Below are positions 8,684-16,540 of a DNA stretch of 64,000 bases, piece by piece. Both the position numbers and the translations under genes were made by a program. Position 1 is the stretch's first letter, and each line of letters starts with the position of its first letter. The notes under the pieces were generated by a model. It was not told the DNA's origin, ran no database searches, and saw only the letters and a list, made by a program, of their open reading frames with translations. Location: NCBI GenBank assembly GCA_004193555.1, contig RPGP01000029.1, positions 140,976-204,975 of the forward strand. The letters are read 5' to 3'. This DNA is from Desulfobacteraceae bacterium Eth-SRB1 (GTDB taxonomy: Bacteria > Desulfobacterota > Desulfobacteria > Desulfobacterales > ETH-SRB1).

Positions 8684-8820
8684 AGGTTGTTAGGCTGTAG
8701 GCTGAAGGCTGTAGGATATCTCTCAAACATCAAAAGTCGAATTTGGGAATAGTGTGCTTGAATGGCTATGCTATATTATTGGGTTTTGTGAGTTTTTTCC
8801 CTAAAAGCCTTCAGCCTGTC
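8684..8820. repeat. Nested palindromic word-repeat element (arms built of aggctgt/aggctga words)
   Basis: Left arm aggttgttaggctgtaggctgaaggctgtagg, right arm cctaaaagccttcagcctgtc. Same family as 62964-63155. Confidence 0.75.
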
Positions 8821-11800
8821 TAACTGAGTAGTTTGGCTGAGTAGTTTGGCTGAGTAGTTTGGCCGGACTTGAACGCATTGATAAGCGAATCATCTATTAT
8901 GGCTTCGTAACCGGTTAACAGGGCAACAACGACATTGTCTTGATCAAGGAAAGTAAAATCGCATTTCATTTTATGTCTGGTTGTTTTCTTTACCTCAAGT
9001 ACCGCTGTGACCCCATCTGATGGAAAATCATTTCTATATTGTCGATAAGAGGCTGTATAGCTGGGGAGTGAAACTGCCCCTGTTTTTTCAAAGGACCATA
9101 TAATCGCCATCTGAAAGGCGCAGTCGAGGACAAGCGGATCTGTCAGCCATTTACTTCTCAGTGGATTTGATATCCATTTTGCTGGTTGAGGAGCTGATGA
9201 AATCCTGGCTGCCATTTTATTGGATGAATAATATATTATCTCTTTGATTCCGCGAAGCTCGGCGCCGTGGAATAGTATTTTTTCGTATATTTCTTCAATG
9301 CTCATGGGGAAAGGTTTTGAATCGATGTCATCCAATCCGCTGAAAACCGGCGGCTGAGCAGGTCTATCAGTCAAAATAGCCTTTGCCCTGGAGTGAATCA
9401 TCTCTACTCCATCCTTAATGCCGTTTCTAATTTCAACATCTACTTCAAAAATCGAACCTTTTTTTCTGGATTTTCCTGCCATGAGACGGATCATCTTTTT
9501 GTTGTTATTAAGCTTGATCCCGCTTAAGATCCGCATGTCATCAAGACCATGGAAGAAAAGACCCGGGTTTTCATGAAGGGCTCCATGCCCCAGCCATTCT
9601 GTTATGAGAGCAAAAGGCACAACAGGTTTTCCGTCAAGTATATGAGATTCAAGAACAGGGTAACTGTTAATATCAATTTCACATTTTGCGGTAAGTGAAA
9701 GATTTTTTTTTGTATCGGAAAGCGAGACCTGTTTTCCTCCTGAAATAAGCTTTTTTGCAGGCATTATATTCGCGCCCATAACAACTTCTACAGGAGAGCT
9801 TTTATCTCCCATCATCTCATAGAGCATACACATGGCTCCTGAATCTAAGGGGATCAGCTCAATTTTGCTGCGGGCAAATTCTCGTTTCAGGGCAGATGAT
9901 ACCATGCCTCCATCCCATGGCCCCCAGTTTATGGAAATCACTTTGCAATCAGGCCTGACAATCGATTCATACCGGGCAATCTTGTTTAAAACCTCATTAG
10001 CCATGGCATAGTCAGCCTGCCCCCTGTTTCCAAATCTCGCTGTTATAGATGAAAAAAGGACAATATATTTTAGCTTATCCTGTTTTGTCGCCTCAAGAAG
10101 TGTTTTAAGCCCTTTAACCTTTGTATCGAACACCATTTCAAACTGCTTCAAAGTTTTTTCAACTATAAGCCGGTCTTTAAGGGTTCCGGCACCATGAATA
10201 ACACCCTTAATCGGGCCATGGTTTGATCTGACATTATCAAGGATCGATTTAACCATGTCAGAATCACGAATATCAACAGAATAATAGAGTACGGTTGAGC
10301 CGGTTTCTTCAAGCTTAACAATGTTTCCTGTAATTTCACGATTCGCCATATGATTTTTGTATGATTTTTCCAACTGAACCGGAGATGCATGATTTCCGCT
10401 GAATTCGTTTTTTAGGATTGCTTTTTTAATGGCAGGCTCATCATTTATGGTTGCGAGCCATTCCGGTTCGGGAGACGGATTTGGAGATCGTCCAAGCAGA
10501 ACAAGGGTCGGCTTCGAGTGCTTTGCAAGGGCAAGAGCCGAAGCAGCGGTAACACCTCTTGCGCCTCCGGTTATAACAACGACATCATTCTGGTTGAGGT
10601 CGATTTTTCCATGGTGATAAGGAGAAGGTTCAAGCTCAAGCATTAATCTTGAATCAGGGTTCAGTCCCGTTTCAACAGGAGCTGAAAGATCAGGATTTAA
10701 AAGTTCATATACAACGGCTTTTGCTATCTCTTTATTATTTTTCCAGTCCGGCGATATGTCTATGGCATGACAGTTGACCTTTTCCCATTCAATCGAGGCT
10801 GTTTTTGCAAGGCCTGCAAGACCGCCCTGCAAAGGATTAAAAATGTTCTTGCCTTTAAAACCGAAAGCGCCGTCAAGGGAGGTGATTGTTGTAAATACTG
10901 CTCCGCCTTTTTCTGCGGAATCAAGAAGTTCCACTGCAACACGGCTTGTAAGCTCAAAGGCCTTTTTCAGGAATGCGTCATCAGGCAAATTCGCCCTGTT
11001 GTTCTGGGAATAATCAGCTCCAATCATTTTACTGTCAGGAAGAATTATGAGCCCTCCTGCCGGTGGCAGATCTTTTTTGTTTTTTAATATATCGTTTGAA
11101 ATAACAGATGCATCGATATTAAAGGATGCCAGCTCTCTGGCAATTGCCTTTGAAAGGCCTGCTCTGTCGTCAGTAATTAATACTTTTCTCCCATTGGGAA
11201 TACTTAATTTGTTGTCATAGTGAAGCGGTTTTTCAGATAGAGATACGACTCTTTTATCTATTTTAACGGCTGTTTTTTCATCTGTTTTATTTTTAGATAA
11301 AACTTTTTCATTCTGTTTTTTATGCGCATCGCCATTATCAGATCCCGTGAGATATTCAGCGATCTGCCCTAATGTTTTAAAGTTGCCCATGATTTCCGGC
11401 GAAACAGAAGGCAGGTCAGGCATCTTTTCCTCAAGAGCAGAGAGTATTTCCACCCTTTTGATTGAATCTATGCCCAAATCCGATTCAATATCCATGTCAA
11501 GCTCAAGCATCTCAACAGGATACCCTGTAAGCCGGCTGACTACTTCGAGCATTTCGTTTTGTATTTTTTGACCGGTTTGAGAGGCATGCTCCCGGGGCGC
11601 ACTTTCTTGTATTTTCTTTTCTTTTGGTCTGGATTGGGGCTCTTTTTTTTCAGATCCGGTTAAATATTCAGCGATTTGCCCCAATGTTTTGAGGCTGCCC
11701 ATGATTTCCGGCGAAACAGAAGGCAGGTCGGGCATCTTTTCTTCAAGTGTGGAGAGTATTTCCACCCTTTTGATTGAATCTATGCCTAAATCCGACTCAA

Positions 11801-14800
11801 TATCCATATCGAGTTCCAGCATTTCTACAGGATACCCTGTAAGCCGGCTGACTACCTCTAACATATTATTTTGGATTGAAGATTGCTGAACTCCGACCTC
11901 AGACTCATTTTGTTGCCGGTTGCCGGTTGCTGGTTGCTCGTTACTGGTTGCTGGATTCTGGATGTTGGTTGATTGTTGATTGTTTATTTCGGATTGCTGA
12001 CCTCTGACCTCTGACATCTGACTTCCGGTTTCCAGCTTTAAGCTTTCCGCTTTGAGCTTTGAGCTTTGAGCTTCTTCCCAGCTTCCAGTTTCCAGTTTCC
12101 AGTTTCCAGTCTTCAGCTTAAGCCCCAGTGAAACTTCTGCCAGGCGCTGTGTGTTTTCCATCATGTTTTGCAGCGCGCGATTAGCCTCTGTCTGCGTTTC
12201 CAGAAACTTTTTGTGCGCTTCGGCGGTTTGTGCCTGGAGAGCCTGTATCGACTTTAAGCCTTCCCGGGTAATCTTTAATGCATCTGCAATTAAGTTTGTG
12301 TTTTTCGTTTTGTCCCTGTTCGTATTGTTTGGGTTCGTATTGTTTGGGTTTGTATTGTCTGGGACAGTTTTGTTTTTATATGCGCTCATAGCTTTATCCG
12401 GTTTGTTGATGTGTTGAGTGTGGGCAAACTCCTCATTGGGTGGGGTTTTTGTTTGTATGCTGTTTATAACTTTTTTACTCTTTTTTTTGTTTTTTAGTAT
12501 TTGTTCCGGCTCCGTTCTGTAGTTTGCTCCAGTGATAGGTATGCTCATCAGCTGCTTCCTGGTTTCGAAAACAGGATGTTCCCATCCGGCTAATTCAACA
12601 TGGTGACCTATTGATGCGAGATGGCAAAGTGTTTTAGCGAGATCCGCCACTCCGAATTGTTTTCCTGAAGAACAGTCCATTGGAATCACATGAAAATTTT
12701 GATCTTTTAATATCGATTTTACAAGACCGGTCAGAACTCTTTTGGGCCCTATCTCTATAAATGTGCGAACACCTGTTTTGAATTGATTTTTAATTTCACT
12801 TACAAAATCCACAGGACATAAAATCTGTTTGCCAAGCAAATCTTTTGCCTTGGCCGGATCATAAGGGTATGGTTTGCCTGTTGTGTTGGAAAAAACCGGG
12901 ATGTCTGAAGGGGTTATTCCGGCTTTTTTAACGATCTTTGCAAACGGTTTTTGAGCATCTTTTACAAGATTGCTGTGAAAAGCGGCGGATACCGGCAGTT
13001 TTATTGTTTTATATCCTTTTTCTATGCATATTTTGTCTGCCCGGTCAACAGCCTCGATTGTGCCGGATAGAACTCCCTGGTCAGGGCTGTTTTTGTTTGC
13101 AAGGATAACGCCTGTATCCGTATTCTCAACAAGCTTGGCAAGTTCGTCAACCGGCGCTTTTACAGCTAACATAGCGCCATTCTGGTTTTTGTTCCGGCTC
13201 GCATCAGCCATTAAATTGCCCCGTGCGATTGAGAGGTCGAAAAGGGTATCGATGTCGATCCAGCCTGCTGCATAAAGGGCGGGCAGTTCGCCATAGCTGT
13301 GTCCGCAGACAGCATCATGTTTTACCCCAAACTTTTGAAGGGTTTTCAGCATTGACAGGCTTACAGCGCCGATGGCAGGTTGAGCAATATCGGTCCTTCT
13401 TAAAGTTTCTTCCTGAACCAGCTTTTCTTTATCGGATTGAGAGGGAAGAGGGTAGATGTATTCGCATAAGGAATATGAATTATCGTATTTTGCATTTGCA
13501 ATTTCCAGGATATCGAAAGCTTCGGGAAACCAGCAAGCAATGTCCCGGCCCATGCCGGTATATTGACTTCCCTGGCCTGGAAACATGAATCCGATTTTAC
13601 CGGCTTTTTCGGAGCCAGCATAATCGGGGCCCCCGTAAAAGATATTTTTCAGATTCCAGGCCGGTTTGCCGCTGTTTTTTTCAAGGCCATCCAATGCAGC
13701 GGTAAACAAATCGGATATTTCTTTCAAGTTGTCTGAAGACCGTTCAATAACAAGAAGGAGCCTGTGCTTATCTTTTCTTGAAAATTGTGATCTTGAGCTA
13801 AAAGCTTTTTTCGAGAATTTTTTTCCCGGCAGCCCATGTTCAATAGAGCTTTTGAGGGAGCTGAGAGCTGCGGCAAGTTCCTTTTTTGTTGAAGCAGACA
13901 GCGCAAAAATTTCAACCGAGCCGTCCCATGATATTTCAGTTTTGTTTTGCTTATATTCTTCGAGAATCACATGAAAATTGCTTCCTCCGAACCCGAAAGA
14001 GCTTACACCGGCGCGTCGCGGATGTTCTTTTTTTGAGAACCATGGTTTGGACGCTGTGCTGAGATAAAAAGGTGTTTCATTGATCTTGAGATTTGGATCA
14101 GGCTTATCGGCTTTCAAGGTGGGTGGAAGCACTTTGTTATAAAGAGATAAAGCGGTTTTTATAATGCCGGCAGCTCCGGCAGCAGCCTTGGTATGCCCGA
14201 TCATGGATTTAACCGAGCCTAATGCGCACCATTTGCCGGATTTTTTATTAGATTCGCCAAAAACCCGGCTTAAAGCCTGAAACTCAACCATGTCGCCGAC
14301 CCTGGTGCCGGTGCCGTGAGCCTCGATAAGTTCGATAGTGGACGGGTCAATACCTGCATTACTGTGTGCCATTCGGAGCGCTTTTGCCTGTCCTTCAGGT
14401 TTTGGGGCATATATGCTTTGCGCTTTGCCGTCGCTTGAAGAACCTATGCTTTTTACAACAGCATAGATTCTGTCATTATTTTTTTCCGCATCATCAAGCC
14501 TTTTTAAAACAAGTATTCCGACACCTTCCCCAAGAACTGTGCCGTCCGCATCCTTTGAAAAAGGCCTTGCATCCCCGGTTGGTGAAAGAACATGACTTTT
14601 TGAAAAGCACATATGCATGAAGATGTCGTTCAAGGTGTCAATGCCGCCCGTGAGAACTGTGTCGCTGCGACCGGATACAAGTTCCAGGACGGCGAGATGG
14701 ATTGCGCCCATTGAACTGGCGCATGCGGCATCAATAACACAGTTGGTGCCCCCCAGGTCAAGGCGGTTGCATATTCTTCCGGCTACGACGTTTCCCAGGA

Positions 14801-15356
14801 GTCCGGGAAATGAGCTTTCCTGCCAGGAAACGTATGAGTCTGATATATCTTTTATGATTTCTTCTGTTTTTTCAGGAGAGATACCTGAGTTTAAAAGAGC
14901 TTTCCGCCATTTTGGATGCCCTAACCTGGCACCCAGAGGAATAACAAGCTCCTGTGTTCCTGTTATTCCTAAAATTACGCTTGTTCTGTCTTTGTTATAT
15001 TTTTTTCCTTCTCCATAGCCTGAGTCATGAAGCGCCATTTTTGCGGCAGTCAGGCCGAAGAGCTGGGATGTGTCGGTTGCTTCAATGGAGGCTGGAGGAA
15101 TGCCGAATTCTGTTGGATCAAATGAGACAGGTGATAGAAATCCGCCCCGTTTACAGTAAACATGGTCCGGTTTTTTGGGGTCCTTATCAAAGTAATCCTC
15201 TGACAGCCAGTGTGTTTTCGGGACATCGGTAATTCCGTTTTCGCCGTGAAATATCAAACGCCAGTATTCTTTTAATTCAGACGATTTTGGAAAGAGGCAT
15301 CCGATTCCAATGATGGCAATGGGAGTATTCTGGTAAGTATTTTTATTTGATTTCAA
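8820..15356 (-). CDS. Type I polyketide / PfaA-like synthase, KS-AT-ACP-ACP-KR-DH (2178 aa)
   Basis: KS: DAACASS, HGTGT, GHT. AT: GHSYGE. Two ACPs: LGIDSIKRVEIL twice. KR Rossmann fold: VITGGARGVT. C-terminal hot-dog DH: HILDGKPVVP. Confidence 0.9.
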   Translation of the reverse strand: MKSNKNTYQNTPIAIIGIGCLFPKSSELKEYWRLIFHGENGITDVPKTHWLSEDYFDKDPKKPDHVYCKRGGFLSPVSFDPTEFGIPPASIEATDTSQLFGLTAAKMALHDSGYGEGKKYNKDRTSVILGITGTQELVIPLGARLGHPKWRKALLNSGISPEKTEEIIKDISDSYVSWQESSFPGLLGNVVAGRICNRLDLGGTNCVIDAACASSMGAIHLAVLELVSGRSDTVLTGGIDTLNDIFMHMCFSKSHVLSPTGDARPFSKDADGTVLGEGVGILVLKRLDDAEKNNDRIYAVVKSIGSSSDGKAQSIYAPKPEGQAKALRMAHSNAGIDPSTIELIEAHGTGTRVGDMVEFQALSRVFGESNKKSGKWCALGSVKSMIGHTKAAAGAAGIIKTALSLYNKVLPPTLKADKPDPNLKINETPFYLSTASKPWFSKKEHPRRAGVSSFGFGGSNFHVILEEYKQNKTEISWDGSVEIFALSASTKKELAAALSSLKSSIEHGLPGKKFSKKAFSSRSQFSRKDKHRLLLVIERSSDNLKEISDLFTAALDGLEKNSGKPAWNLKNIFYGGPDYAGSEKAGKIGFMFPGQGSQYTGMGRDIACWFPEAFDILEIANAKYDNSYSLCEYIYPLPSQSDKEKLVQEETLRRTDIAQPAIGAVSLSMLKTLQKFGVKHDAVCGHSYGELPALYAAGWIDIDTLFDLSIARGNLMADASRNKNQNGAMLAVKAPVDELAKLVENTDTGVILANKNSPDQGVLSGTIEAVDRADKICIEKGYKTIKLPVSAAFHSNLVKDAQKPFAKIVKKAGITPSDIPVFSNTTGKPYPYDPAKAKDLLGKQILCPVDFVSEIKNQFKTGVRTFIEIGPKRVLTGLVKSILKDQNFHVIPMDCSSGKQFGVADLAKTLCHLASIGHHVELAGWEHPVFETRKQLMSIPITGANYRTEPEQILKNKKKSKKVINSIQTKTPPNEEFAHTQHINKPDKAMSAYKNKTVPDNTNPNNTNPNNTNRDKTKNTNLIADALKITREGLKSIQALQAQTAEAHKKFLETQTEANRALQNMMENTQRLAEVSLGLKLKTGNWKLETGSWEEAQSSKLKAESLKLETGSQMSEVRGQQSEINNQQSTNIQNPATSNEQPATGNRQQNESEVGVQQSSIQNNMLEVVSRLTGYPVEMLELDMDIESDLGIDSIKRVEILSTLEEKMPDLPSVSPEIMGSLKTLGQIAEYLTGSEKKEPQSRPKEKKIQESAPREHASQTGQKIQNEMLEVVSRLTGYPVEMLELDMDIESDLGIDSIKRVEILSALEEKMPDLPSVSPEIMGNFKTLGQIAEYLTGSDNGDAHKKQNEKVLSKNKTDEKTAVKIDKRVVSLSEKPLHYDNKLSIPNGRKVLITDDRAGLSKAIARELASFNIDASVISNDILKNKKDLPPAGGLIILPDSKMIGADYSQNNRANLPDDAFLKKAFELTSRVAVELLDSAEKGGAVFTTITSLDGAFGFKGKNIFNPLQGGLAGLAKTASIEWEKVNCHAIDISPDWKNNKEIAKAVVYELLNPDLSAPVETGLNPDSRLMLELEPSPYHHGKIDLNQNDVVVITGGARGVTAASALALAKHSKPTLVLLGRSPNPSPEPEWLATINDEPAIKKAILKNEFSGNHASPVQLEKSYKNHMANREITGNIVKLEETGSTVLYYSVDIRDSDMVKSILDNVRSNHGPIKGVIHGAGTLKDRLIVEKTLKQFEMVFDTKVKGLKTLLEATKQDKLKYIVLFSSITARFGNRGQADYAMANEVLNKIARYESIVRPDCKVISINWGPWDGGMVSSALKREFARSKIELIPLDSGAMCMLYEMMGDKSSPVEVVMGANIMPAKKLISGGKQVSLSDTKKNLSLTAKCEIDINSYPVLESHILDGKPVVPFALITEWLGHGALHENPGLFFHGLDDMRILSGIKLNNNKKMIRLMAGKSRKKGSIFEVDVEIRNGIKDGVEMIHSRAKAILTDRPAQPPVFSGLDDIDSKPFPMSIEEIYEKILFHGAELRGIKEIIYYSSNKMAARISSAPQPAKWISNPLRSKWLTDPLVLDCAFQMAIIWSFEKTGAVSLPSYTASYRQYRNDFPSDGVTAVLEVKKTTRHKMKCDFTFLDQDNVVVALLTGYEAIIDDSLINAFKSGQTTQPNYSAKLLS
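11345..11890 (-). repeat. Tandem duplication (period about 342 nt) encoding the two ACP domains
   Basis: Near-identical blocks NEMLEVVSRLTGYPVEMLELDMDIESDLGIDSIKRVEILS(T/A)LEEKMPDLPSVSPEIMG occur twice. Confidence 0.85.
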
Positions 15357-15496
15357 TTCAAAACCTCAATTAAATCACGAAAACACGAAAGAATGAAAGC
15401 ACGAAACAGGAAAGGTCAAAAAACCGATTTTTACGAATTTATAATTTATTAATATAAAACACAAATAAAATTATTGCAAGACATTGACAAAATATT

Positions 15497-15524
15497 TTAG
15501 TTGATATATTGGTATATCAACTAA
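15497..15524. promoter_or_regulatory. Perfect 12-bp inverted repeat ttagttgatata-ttgg-tatatcaactaa (operator-like)
   Basis: Seen directly. It sits 15 nt upstream of the ATG at 15539 and next to ttgaca at 15484, in the PKS-divergent intergenic region. Confidence 0.6.
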
Positions 15525-15538
15525 TCAAGAGGCGGATT

Positions 15539-16111
15539 ATGATAAAGTACTATATAAACAGGGAACTTTCCCAAAAACTTGGAATAAACCTGGCGAAATG
15601 GAAAAGGTGGTCACGGGAGTTTTTAGCGCCTGATCCATTGGGTGGAATGCAGTCCGGCTACGCAAGGCAATATAGCATTGAAAATGCTTTTACTGTTTAT
15701 CTTGGAGGTCATTTGGTGGCTGATATAAAGTTTGCCGTGCCGGAGGCAAAACAAATCCTTAATGATTTACATAAATGGCTTACAGAAAACCGGTTTTACT
15801 CTATTGCCAGAGCCGGTTCAAAACCTTTTGAATGTGGGGATAATTTGGTAAAAAGATACATAATCTTTATCTGTTGTATGCAGTTAGAGAGAGTAACAGT
15901 TGGTTTTCATTATAAAATCAGAGGAATAATTTCTGACAAAACTGTTGATTACAAGGGTTTTCAGGTCAGGCAAGAGCATTTTATAGAAACAATAATTTGC
16001 CCACAAACAAATAAGCAGGCAATGCTCGATTTGGTTAATGTTAAAATGCTGAATATTACAGAGTTACATAAGAAATTTTTAGTAAATCTTGAGATCACAC
16101 CGTCTGCCTGA
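15539..16111 (+). CDS. Hypothetical protein, possible N-terminal HTH
   Basis: ELSQKLGINLAKWKRWSREF resembles a short HTH. ATG at 15539 is preferred over the TTG at 15509. Confidence 0.45.
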   Translation: MIKYYINRELSQKLGINLAKWKRWSREFLAPDPLGGMQSGYARQYSIENAFTVYLGGHLVADIKFAVPEAKQILNDLHKWLTENRFYSIARAGSKPFECGDNLVKRYIIFICCMQLERVTVGFHYKIRGIISDKTVDYKGFQVRQEHFIETIICPQTNKQAMLDLVNVKMLNITELHKKFLVNLEITPSA

Positions 16112-16207
16112 CGGACCGCGAGTTCTTCAATCTTTCCCGGAATAAATGAGCGCTTCCATAGTCCTTTCTGTTTAGTTGTATTTATGTCTTCTTGAGATAC
16201 GTAAATA

Positions 16208-16281
16208 TTACATAAATGCAGTCTGTCTCTTATATTGTCACATATTTGTAGTTTGTCGCTTACATTATTACATATTTGTAA
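16208..16281. promoter_or_regulatory. Three TTACA-N4-TGTAA-type palindromes phased exactly 30 bp apart
   Basis: ttacataaatgcag (16208), tcacatatttgtag (16238), ttacatatttgtaa (16268), lying 100-175 nt upstream of the TGGCAC element at 16383. Confidence 0.5.
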
Positions 16282-16382
16282 CGCAGCAACTTTTTTCTTC
16301 ATATATGTAACCACCTTCCATAATATTTTTATTCCATTAACATCTTATAGTTATAGTGATTCGTCGTGGCATTTATCCTTTG

Positions 16383-16398
16383 TGGCACATATCTTGAT
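16383..16398 (+). promoter_or_regulatory. Sigma54-like -24/-12 element TGGCAC-atatc-TTGAT (non-canonical -12)
   Basis: tggcacatatcttgatat has the same architecture as the elements at 57672 and 58731. Confidence 0.4.
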
Positions 16399-16464
16399 AT
16401 ATAGTTTTATAACTTTGTAACGAAATCTCGAAATATGCCAAATTAAAATGAAAGGGGGTTAGAA

Positions 16465-16497
16465 ATAAAAAAGATCGAGGCGATCATTAAACCTTTT
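16465..16497 (+). pseudogene. Relic of the first 11 codons of a PII (glnB/glnK) gene, with ATG mutated to ATA
   Basis: ataaaaaagatcgaggcgatcattaaacctttt versus glnB atgaagaaaatcgaggcgatcatcaaacctttt ([10 protein letters not shown]), preceded by aaggggg. Confidence 0.55.
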
Positions 16498-16540
16498 GTG
16501 GATGGACACTAACTCATTAAAAAATAGAGGAGAAAGATTG

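Noticed and set aside
8820-15356. Calling the synthase a complete PUFA (pfa) system.
   Set aside because: Only a PfaA-like multidomain gene is present. No pfaB/C/D-type genes are in the window.
15961-16314. A 117-aa minus-strand ORF with the repeated peptide LQICNNVSDK/LQICDNIRDR/LHLCNIYV.
   Set aside because: The periodic peptide is simply the translation of the 30-bp-phased TTACA-N4-TGTAA palindromes. The ORF also overlaps the 3' end of the 15539-16111 gene.
16496-16540. The upstream start (MWMDTNSLKNRGERL) for the porin gene, and similar long N-terminal extensions at 17875 (SixA-like), 18685 (RmuC), 58699 (NifH), 34696/37250 (GlnA), 49067 (WYL) and 56825 (Tat protein).
   Set aside because: Internal ATGs preceded by good RBSs give N-termini that match the family consensus or a signal peptide. 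The extensions run through repeat or promoter DNA.
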